From positions 1 through 59,952 of the IMG/VR virus record IMGVR_UViG_3300017747_001692: a stretch of 59,952 nucleotides of DNA; one strand, 5' to 3'. Made by a program: the position numbers and the translations under genes. This document shows positions 8,791 through 16,383 of this stretch, piece after piece. Below the pieces are notes generated by a model. It made no database searches, had not been told where the DNA came from, and was given only the letters and a program-made list of their open reading frames with translations. Origin of the DNA: a virus. Taxonomy: Duplodnaviria > Caudoviricetes. The stretch's first letter is position 1, and every line of letters starts with the position of its first letter.

Positions 8791-9330
8791 TTAGAGATCC
8801 TCGGGGATCGGCATGTCGAAGGTCTTGCTGATCTTCGGGCTGACACGGTCGAGGGTGCCCTCGGGAGTGCCAGCGAGCTGGGCCTCCTTGATGCGGACCT
8901 GTTCACGCGCGCGGCGCTGCTCGATGCGGCGCACCTCGTCAGAGATTTCCTTTGGACGCTCCATGAGGATCATGCCCTTGCGCTCAATGGTGCCCTTTTC
9001 CCAACTGGATGGCATCATCTGCGGGTGGCGGCTGACCGGCACCGGCTCCCAGCCCTCGCGGGCAAGCTGCACCGTGTAGGCCGGGTCTTCCTGATTCCAG
9101 ATTGTGTGGCGCTTCCACTCGTAGCTCCAGCCCTCGGGGATGATGTCCTTGGGGATGTAGAACTCGTCAGTGCCCTCGTCCATGCCGCCATTGTCATTGC
9201 GGATCTGGGCCGCGCGGGCTGCGGCGCGGGCGCGAGGGTCTTCTTCACGCAGTTCTGGTCTCATGGGAGCGCGCTCCGGGTTCGAGAGTGCCGACTTCTC
9301 GGCGATTACACGTTGAAACTTGGCGTTCAT
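8791..9330 (-). CDS. Conserved head-region hypothetical protein
   Basis: PEGWSYEWKR...EGWEPV...GMILMERP; between scaffold and capsid genes. Confidence 0.7.
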   Translation of the reverse strand: MNAKFQRVIAEKSALSNPERAPMRPELREEDPRARAAARAAQIRNDNGGMDEGTDEFYIPKDIIPEGWSYEWKRHTIWNQEDPAYTVQLAREGWEPVPVSRHPQMMPSSWEKGTIERKGMILMERPKEISDEVRRIEQRRAREQVRIKEAQLAGTPEGTLDRVSPKISKTFDMPIPEDL

Positions 9331-10208
9331 TGCAGGCGCCCTTCCTTCTTGAGGAGCATCTTGTTGCGGGCATATTCCTTCTCGGTCATGCCCAAGTCGC
9401 GAGCCGTTTCAATCTCTTCCCGCGTGAGGCGCACCTCATTGGGGCGAGATCCCGTGCCGCCGCCACCGCGCGAGACGGGGGCTGCGGGAGGGGCAGAACG
9501 GCGCTGAGTGACCTTGGCGGCCCCAGACATGGGGTCGTCATCTTGGTCAATGTTGACGCGGCGGCCAATCTTCAGCGTGTCCTCGATCATGCCAAAGTAG
9601 TCGTCGCTGTCGGGCACATAACCGTCAGCCACGGCCAGATTATGGGCCGCAACCATCTTCTGATACATGCGCGGGTCGGTGACGCACTGCGGATTGCGGC
9701 GCACCCAGTCCGCAGAGCGGGGAGAAAGCTGCGAGGCCAGAGCTTCAACCGGGTCCGAAGGGCGCGGGGGCTCGGGCGCCACGACCTTCGGGGCGTTTTC
9801 CATGTGAGCGCGGCCCCGCTCCAGCTCCATGAGCTTGGCGGAGTTCATGCCCATCGTCTCTTGGATCTCCGCCGCCTTGTTATAGTCACCAACGGCCATC
9901 GCCTCAGAGTAATTGTACTTGAGGATGTCGTTGTTGCGCTTGACGGTGTCGATAGCGTTGCGGACGAGCTGCAAGTTGGTGTCCTGCACCTCGTTTTTGG
10001 CGTCCGCAGCGGTCTCGTAGGCCATTCTGGCGTGTTTCTGGGCCTCAATTCGGGCTGCGCGCTCCTGTTCGAGCTTCGCTTTCAACTCTTGAATGCCCTC
10101 TTCAGGCTCAGAGACCTCTTTTTTTGCGGCTTCTGGCTCTTTTTCAACTTCAACGACCTCAATCTCGTCGATTTTGTCGTCTTCCGGCTTGTTTTCTATG
10201 TCTGACAT
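9327..10208 (-). CDS. Putative capsid scaffolding protein
   Basis: Acidic coiled-coil N-terminus and VRLTREEIETARDLGMTEKEYARNK C-terminus; start taken at MSDIEN after GAGG. Confidence 0.65.
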   Translation of the reverse strand: MSDIENKPEDDKIDEIEVVEVEKEPEAAKKEVSEPEEGIQELKAKLEQERAARIEAQKHARMAYETAADAKNEVQDTNLQLVRNAIDTVKRNNDILKYNYSEAMAVGDYNKAAEIQETMGMNSAKLMELERGRAHMENAPKVVAPEPPRPSDPVEALASQLSPRSADWVRRNPQCVTDPRMYQKMVAAHNLAVADGYVPDSDDYFGMIEDTLKIGRRVNIDQDDDPMSGAAKVTQRRSAPPAAPVSRGGGGTGSRPNEVRLTREEIETARDLGMTEKEYARNKMLLKKEGRLQ

Positions 10209-10218
10209 GGGATTTTCC

Positions 10219-10629
10219 TCAGTAGACGGTGTCGGGGTGCGGGATGCGGGCGCGAATGGCGGCGTCGTCGAACATCCGGCACAGGACGCCATTGACGGTG
10301 ACGTTCCAACCGTCGCTGGGGCGGAAGACAATCCAGTCACCAACCCTCAAATTAAGGCCACCAAACCACTTTCCGCCCTCATCAACAAATGCGGTAGGTC
10401 CAGTTTTGATGATCAGGCCGACTTTGGACTGGTAACGGTCTTCATCACGGGCCTTCGGGGCCATAATGATGCCGCCCTTGGTTTTCTCGGGGCGGATATA
10501 GACCGCCACAAGCACTTGCGTGTTCAGCAATTCAACCTTGCTGATGTCGCCCAGTTCCGCGAAGAGCGTCTCTTTCGGGTCGGTCTCATGGAGCATGGCG
10601 ATGTTGTGGTGTAAAGATACGTTTGACAT
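10219..10629 (-). CDS. groES: GroES-like co-chaperonin
   Basis: EKTKGGIIM mobile loop, VG.IIKTGP, VGDWIVF. Confidence 0.8.
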   Translation of the reverse strand: MSNVSLHHNIAMLHETDPKETLFAELGDISKVELLNTQVLVAVYIRPEKTKGGIIMAPKARDEDRYQSKVGLIIKTGPTAFVDEGGKWFGGLNLRVGDWIVFRPSDGWNVTVNGVLCRMFDDAAIRARIPHPDTVY

Positions 10630-10642
10630 AGTCCCCCTCCTT

Positions 10643-10852
10643 TTACTCGCGGTTCTCGCGGCTACAGATCGTCGTGGCCTCGTCGCAGAACTCAAGAGCC
10701 ATGCGGAGACCGGCGATTATTCCTACTTGGTGTTTGTAAGTTGGGAAATCAATCGTTGATAAACCTGTGGAAAGGTTTTCCTTCCGATCCTCTATGGCGG
10801 AAACGATTAATTTCTTTAGTTCGCGCTCAAAGAGCGTGTTGAACGTAAGCAT
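10643..10852 (-). CDS. Hypothetical protein
   Basis: LSTG...YKHQVGIIAGL; GAGGGG RBS; directly upstream of GroES. Confidence 0.7.
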   Translation of the reverse strand: MLTFNTLFERELKKLIVSAIEDRKENLSTGLSTIDFPTYKHQVGIIAGLRMALEFCDEATTICSRENRE

Positions 10853-10953
10853 AGACCCCTCTTTGCTCCCCCTCGATGTATTGGGACGGCTGGTAGAGGG
10901 GGTCAAACCAGCCGTCCCGTTACCCGCAAGTGAACCGAATCACTCGCGAATTG

Positions 10954-12321
10954 TTAGCCCTTGCGCTTCTGAATCTCGGTCTTCTCAAGCCGACCAAGGC
11001 CCGAACCGGCGCCTGCATCAAGATCCTTGTAGGAGCGGTAGACCTTGCCGCCAGCCTTGCGCGCCATCGGGGGCATGCCGCCGCCAGCGGGAGGCGTGGG
11101 CATCGGCATCGGCACAGGCATGGGGGCCGGAGGAGCGCCACCGGCGGGAGGCATGCCCATCGGGACGGGGATGCCACCTGCGGGGCGGGGAGGCAGGCCC
11201 GGAGGCATGCCGGGCAGGCCCGCAGCCATCTGATCCTCGGGCTTGACGCCCGTGTTGATCGTGATGGAGACGTTCATGCCCTTCTTGCCCTTGGTGGAGC
11301 CGCCGTCGGCCTTGCCCGGACCCATGTTGAGGCCGCTGATGCCGCCGCCGCCATACTTCTTGGTGCGGGCCTCGGGCTTCACCATCTTCTTGATGAGCGC
11401 CTTGTCCATCGCAACGTCCTCGTGCTTGGCCATGCCGCCCTTCTTGTAAGGCGAGCCGGGAGCGCCAACGCCAAAGTTCATGGCGTTTTTCTTCACCATG
11501 TCCATGCGGGCGTCAGGCCCAGCGCCTTGCATCGGAACCGTGCCGCCGTAGTCGTAGTGGCCAGCCTTGCCGCGCGTGGGCTTGGAGGCATTGTCCTGAC
11601 GCTTCTCCTCGGCAATCTGCTCCTTGGTGGAGGGAGCCTTCTTGCCAGCAGGCATTTCCTGCGGCCCATAGTTGACGTTGCCGCCAGCCTTGCGAGCGGT
11701 GCGGCCACCCTTCTTCATGCCCTCAATCTTCTTCGTCAGGGCGTCCTTGTCCTCTTTGGAGGTCGTTTCTCCTTTGTAGGACGGGTCGGTCACGGGCGAC
11801 TTGTCTTTGTTGTAGCCAGCCGCCTCGCGGATGCGTTCTGCGGCGGTAGAACCTCCGTTGTTCTTGCCCGAGCGGCCACCCTTCTTCATGCCCATCGTGG
11901 CGCCGCGAACGGCCTGCAAGATGGCGGCGGGGTTCATTGAGCCCTTCAGAGCGTCGGCAGGCATGCCGCCCAGCGCCTTCTTGGCGCGGCCACCCTTCTT
12001 CATGCCGCCGACGTGCTTCTCGCCCTCGCGCTCCTCGTTGGCTTCCTTCACGTTGCGGTTGACAAGGCTGTCAGCCGTCAGGGCGCGGCCACCGGACTTG
12101 CGGGGCTTACGGCCAGCGTGGCAGTCGGCCTTCTCGCCCATAACCTTGCCACCCTTCTTGAAGCCCTGTTTGGAAATCGGGCGCATGCCCGTCTTCACGT
12201 CGGCCTTCAGGGGCTCGGCGGGCGTCCAGTCTGAGCTGTCCGTCTTCTGGTCCTTTTCGCCAGCAAGACGTTTGGCCTTGCCCTTCATGGCCTCGCGGGC
12301 CTTGTGCGCCATCTCATACAT
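10954..12321 (-). CDS. Basic low-complexity protein with about a dozen xxGG motifs (putative internal head protein)
   Basis: Repeated MKKGG/RKAGG/RKSGG; Pro-rich C-terminus; GAGGAG RBS before MYEMAHK. Confidence 0.75.
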   Translation of the reverse strand: MYEMAHKAREAMKGKAKRLAGEKDQKTDSSDWTPAEPLKADVKTGMRPISKQGFKKGGKVMGEKADCHAGRKPRKSGGRALTADSLVNRNVKEANEEREGEKHVGGMKKGGRAKKALGGMPADALKGSMNPAAILQAVRGATMGMKKGGRSGKNNGGSTAAERIREAAGYNKDKSPVTDPSYKGETTSKEDKDALTKKIEGMKKGGRTARKAGGNVNYGPQEMPAGKKAPSTKEQIAEEKRQDNASKPTRGKAGHYDYGGTVPMQGAGPDARMDMVKKNAMNFGVGAPGSPYKKGGMAKHEDVAMDKALIKKMVKPEARTKKYGGGGISGLNMGPGKADGGSTKGKKGMNVSITINTGVKPEDQMAAGLPGMPPGLPPRPAGGIPVPMGMPPAGGAPPAPMPVPMPMPTPPAGGGMPPMARKAGGKVYRSYKDLDAGAGSGLGRLEKTEIQKRKG

Positions 12322-12351
12322 GCTTTTCTCCTCGGAGTTCCGGCGTCCCGG

Positions 12352-12380
12352 TTGCCACAGTGGCTGGGCCATTATACACT
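12352..12380 (+). promoter_or_regulatory. Sigma70-like promoter for the lone plus-strand gene
   Basis: TTGCCA-N17-TACACT; overlaps a minus-strand TATAAT. Confidence 0.55.
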
Positions 12381-12418
12381 GAAACGGTATTCGTTAAACG
12401 CCCCCTATGGAGATCAAG

Positions 12419-12628
12419 ATGACCGAGCGCGAAGCGTTCACCGAAGCCGTTGCCGACAGCATCACCGAAGACGTAATGGCATCAGTTGCCGACATACTTT
12501 TTGCCGGAGGCTTGCTTTCCCCCGAAGATGGGCACGGATCGCTCCGTACCAGCCAAGCTGTTTCTGCCGCAATTCATTCAATTGAGCGGACACTTGCCCA
12601 ATTGAAAGATTTCACGGCTCAAGATTGA
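12419..12628 (+). CDS. Hypothetical protein, only plus-strand gene in the late block
   Basis: ATGGAGATCAAGATG RBS of the early-gene type, with an upstream promoter. Confidence 0.55.
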   Translation: MTEREAFTEAVADSITEDVMASVADILFAGGLLSPEDGHGSLRTSQAVSAAIHSIERTLAQLKDFTAQD

Positions 12629-15600
12629 CTTCCCCACCCTTACGCCAACCAAACAACCTTTTATGCTGCTCCTGTTGCTTCATCACGCGATCAACCATTT
12701 CCGCGTCAATCTTCTGCGCCGGGAATTGAGTCATCATTCCCCATTGGGCTTTTGGCCATTGTTTGGGGTCATGCGCAGCGGGGTTAAGTTTATTCCACCA
12801 GTCGCTCCAAATGTCCTTGACGTGGACGGAACTTGGAAGCCCGCCAAGATAAGCCCCAAACTTGGGCGCAGCCATTGACCCCGTGTAGTTACTGTGGGGG
12901 TACGAGGGATTGGCGAGCAATCCACCGCGAGGATCAAGTTCGGCAACGGAATATCCCGCACGAAGGCCGGAGCTTCCAAAAAGACGCGGCTCAGTTATCG
13001 CAAACCTTGTTTGGCCAACATCAGGGAACCCAGCCTTTTGATGGGTTGCAAGATCAAGAGTTTTCGCAAGTTGCTTGCGATCAACAAGATCAAGAGTTTG
13101 CATAAAATCTTCAGCTTCTTGCGTGTTCATAATTCCCGGCCATCCGGGGAATTTTGCCGCCATCTTTGCGTCCACATCCGCGATTGCCGCCTTCGTAATC
13201 TTTGAGCCGGGGATCTGGCGCAACATGGCCTGATAGAACATGTCAGCGGAGTCAGCGGCTTCTGGCGACATCGTGGCTTGAATACCAACGACGCGCTCGC
13301 CTTCTGGTATCCTTCTCTCCAGCGAGTTCATGTAGGTTTGGGCCTTGTCTTTCATGGATGCCCAACCAGCAGGCGCCTCGCCTCGACCGGCTGGACCGCG
13401 AGGGAAATCGCCGCCGCCTTCCGTGTAAAAAGGTTTGGTCAGTTTTTTGCCGCCGATTTCGTGGATAATGACACCGCTTGAGCTTAGGTCGCTAAGAAGC
13501 GGAACGCCCCAAGCTCCTTCAAGGTCTTCCATGGACAATGTTTTACGTGGCTCAAGATAGCCGGGGATCTTTTCATAGCCAACGCTCATATCTTCAAACG
13601 GAATAGCGCCCCGCACTTTTGAGAGTACGGGAACATTGGCCGCAAGATAGGGGTCTTTGGCCAAAATGTCGGCGCCCGTGCGCGTGGTCACGGCCCCGCT
13701 GGGGGTATGCTTGGGGAAGAAAGCTTTAAGCTTCGACAGGTCAGCCGCCTCGGCGTTCTCCGGCGCCAAGGTGGCGGCAGTGGCTGCTGTAGCGCCAGTG
13801 GCTGCGGAAGACGGCAGGCGATACGCCGAGGTCAACGGCTCCGCAGCCAGCCTCTCTAAATTGCCCGCTTTGGTAAACGGCTTCAACATGCCCCGCATGC
13901 CGCCACCAACAGCAATGTCGGCAACAGTTTCGGCTTGCTGCGCCTTCTTAAGATCACCTGTGGCGCGAAGAATGGGATCGCGTACCAAAACGCGCTCTAA
14001 GCCGGTCAGGGGTGACATGGCCATGCCGAGCGCACCGCCAGCCATACCTAGAGCCCCAGCACCGTAATTACCCTCCCTGACGGCTTTGAGGCCCTCGGCG
14101 ACAATATCCGCGTTCTCGCCAAACGCTTCGCCGGTGCGCTTCAAAAATGTTCCCGGACGGCGCTGCGGCATATACTTGTCCCAACCGGTGGGGGCGGCGG
14201 ACATATAGGTTTCGCCCTTCGGGAGATCGCCCTCACCAATGCCCAAGGCGCTAGTCAAGCGCTCGCCTTGCGTGGGCTTCGCCATTTCCAGAACGCTTTC
14301 AGGCGGTGACTCAAACGTGAAGAATGGCGACCGCCCCACTGCCTCGCCGTCAGCGTGATGCTCGCGCACGACGCGCAGGGCGTCGCCAACCTCACCGCCG
14401 TGGGCGTAATCGTGGATTTCTTCCCAATGCACAGACGAACTGGGGCTCACGCGAGCGCCGGGCTCGTGGATGCCTTCAATGTAGTCAACGACATTACCGC
14501 GATAGACATTTGTTACATCCTCGCGGGGAATTTGCCCTATAACACCAATCTCGGATTCGCCAGTTCCGGGGACGCGAGAAATGCTTTCATCGGGAGGGCG
14601 TTTGGCAGCCACGACATATGCGGGACGAGCCGGATCTGGCTTAAACTCTGAAGGGGCAAAACTGTGAGCGTAGCTGCGCGCTTCGTCAGGATTGACTGAG
14701 AAATATGTGAGCCCCTTTTGGCCTTCGCCGATGTTGTGAGTGCCGAGGCTCTGGAGGTAGTTGTTTTTTTGAAAGTTGGCGAACTCCTCCGCAGACATGC
14801 CACGGAAAATCTTGCCGGGGTCGGCCTGAGCCGGAAGATCGTAGGAAAAACCCTCCCGTGGGATGGTTACATCTTTGCTGGCAATGATGTTGCCCGCCTC
14901 ATCAACAAGATCGTCCCTTTTTAAGTCAAAATATTTCGGATTGTAGACACCTTGACGCTCAAGCGAAAATGACCCGCCTTTGTAAGGTTTAAGCTCGGGA
15001 TTTGCCCTGAGAAAGTCTAGCGCCTTCTTAACAAGGCCGCCATCCCCATAATCCTCAACCTCGCCGCCCTCGGCGCGCTCAAGCTTGTGGAAACGCGTCG
15101 CGCCGATGTCCACACCGCCGGTGCGGCCCCACGACGGGGCGGGACGGCCAAGCGCCTCCTGAGCAGCCGGAGCCCAGAAGTTGGTGGCCCCGCCCGTGAT
15201 GTCCTCGCCAGCCATGGCGGCCTCAAGGGCGTCCCGAGCATCGGAATACCGCTGGCTCTTGGGCGAGATCTTCATGGGGTAGTTGGCGCCCGCCGGGTTC
15301 ATCCAAGGTTCAAACTGGCGCTTGGCGAACAGGACGGCCTCGGGGCTGGAGCCATACTTGCCCGAGTTGATGCGGTTGAGGATCACGCTGGCGATGGCCT
15401 GCGTCTCCTCCGGCGACTTGCCGCTCGTCTCCGCCGCGATGGTGCGGATGACGTAGTCGGCCTGTTGCTTAGTCAGCGCCGTGCCGTGGGGCTCCTCGGG
15501 GATGCGGGCCGTCAGCTTGCCGGTCGCCTGATCAATCGCGTTGACTGCGGGGGCAGCGGCCTGCGTGGGGGCGTAGGCGAGCGGCAGGCTCGTAACGGAC

Positions 15601-16382
15601 GCCGGGGATATGTCGGAACTGAGCAGGCTCACGCCACGGTCGGGCGCGGCGAATGGGATGTTAACCGGAAGATCCCGCACCTCGACCGCGCCCGGACGGG
15701 GAGCCGTCAGCGGGGCGCGCACGGGGATTGATCCCGTCACGTCGTCAGCCCTCGCCTGCGCCTCACGCGCCAAGCGAAGGGCGCGGTCGGCCTTGAAGAA
15801 GTCAGACGCCACCTCGGGGTCGCCCCAATTCGTCGGAGACGTTACCTCGCCGGTGGACAGGTAGTCGGGGCCAGAGAACAGGTCGGACAGGAAGCCACCC
15901 CCAGCTAAGTGGTGGCGGACGGCGTGGAGGGCGGCGTCTACTTCGCCGCCATGAGCGCGAGGCTGCGCGTAAACATCCTCATCGCGCATGCCAAGCTCGC
16001 GGGCGGAGTGAAGGATTTGGCGATACTTGTGGGGCGTGATCCACTCTGGATTGTTGGCAAACATGTCGGCCACGGTGCCGTAAGCTCCCAAATTATCCGG
16101 CCACGCCACGGTCGAGTGCGGGTCTCCGTGCGCCGCCATTGCATCGTTCCACCCCGAGACAATTGAAAAACCGGCATTTGGGTCGGTGTCTGTCGTGCCA
16201 TCAGGATTGGCGCGGTTGGTCACGCGAACGGCATTGGCTTGACGTAGGGCGTCGAAGTTCAACGGGCGAAAGTTAACGGGCTCTCCCTCCGCATCAGAAG
16301 TGAATCCGGCAGGGATGCTGGTGGCAGGCTCACCATCATATTGACGCGCAGCTTGGAGAGCCTTTGCGACCAGATCATCCAT
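12612..16382 (-). CDS. Multidomain internal/ejection protein with SleB-like cell-wall hydrolase and ART-like domains
   Basis: IRTIAAE...VILNR...KRQFEPW...DITGGATNF (Hydrolase_2/SleB); FRG..YFS..ESE motif set; follows the portal gene. Confidence 0.75.
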   Translation of the reverse strand: MDDLVAKALQAARQYDGEPATSIPAGFTSDAEGEPVNFRPLNFDALRQANAVRVTNRANPDGTTDTDPNAGFSIVSGWNDAMAAHGDPHSTVAWPDNLGAYGTVADMFANNPEWITPHKYRQILHSARELGMRDEDVYAQPRAHGGEVDAALHAVRHHLAGGGFLSDLFSGPDYLSTGEVTSPTNWGDPEVASDFFKADRALRLAREAQARADDVTGSIPVRAPLTAPRPGAVEVRDLPVNIPFAAPDRGVSLLSSDISPASVTSLPLAYAPTQAAAPAVNAIDQATGKLTARIPEEPHGTALTKQQADYVIRTIAAETSGKSPEETQAIASVILNRINSGKYGSSPEAVLFAKRQFEPWMNPAGANYPMKISPKSQRYSDARDALEAAMAGEDITGGATNFWAPAAQEALGRPAPSWGRTGGVDIGATRFHKLERAEGGEVEDYGDGGLVKKALDFLRANPELKPYKGGSFSLERQGVYNPKYFDLKRDDLVDEAGNIIASKDVTIPREGFSYDLPAQADPGKIFRGMSAEEFANFQKNNYLQSLGTHNIGEGQKGLTYFSVNPDEARSYAHSFAPSEFKPDPARPAYVVAAKRPPDESISRVPGTGESEIGVIGQIPREDVTNVYRGNVVDYIEGIHEPGARVSPSSSVHWEEIHDYAHGGEVGDALRVVREHHADGEAVGRSPFFTFESPPESVLEMAKPTQGERLTSALGIGEGDLPKGETYMSAAPTGWDKYMPQRRPGTFLKRTGEAFGENADIVAEGLKAVREGNYGAGALGMAGGALGMAMSPLTGLERVLVRDPILRATGDLKKAQQAETVADIAVGGGMRGMLKPFTKAGNLERLAAEPLTSAYRLPSSAATGATAATAATLAPENAEAADLSKLKAFFPKHTPSGAVTTRTGADILAKDPYLAANVPVLSKVRGAIPFEDMSVGYEKIPGYLEPRKTLSMEDLEGAWGVPLLSDLSSSGVIIHEIGGKKLTKPFYTEGGGDFPRGPAGRGEAPAGWASMKDKAQTYMNSLERRIPEGERVVGIQATMSPEAADSADMFYQAMLRQIPGSKITKAAIADVDAKMAAKFPGWPGIMNTQEAEDFMQTLDLVDRKQLAKTLDLATHQKAGFPDVGQTRFAITEPRLFGSSGLRAGYSVAELDPRGGLLANPSYPHSNYTGSMAAPKFGAYLGGLPSSVHVKDIWSDWWNKLNPAAHDPKQWPKAQWGMMTQFPAQKIDAEMVDRVMKQQEQHKRLFGWRKGGEVNLEP

Positions 16383-16383
16383 C

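Noticed and set aside
7097-8794. Long plus-strand ORFs opposite late genes (e.g. 7097-8794, 16591-17889, 18959-20557, 48996-50999)
   Set aside because: Antisense shadows of GC-rich, codon-biased genes; no RBS or recognisable motifs
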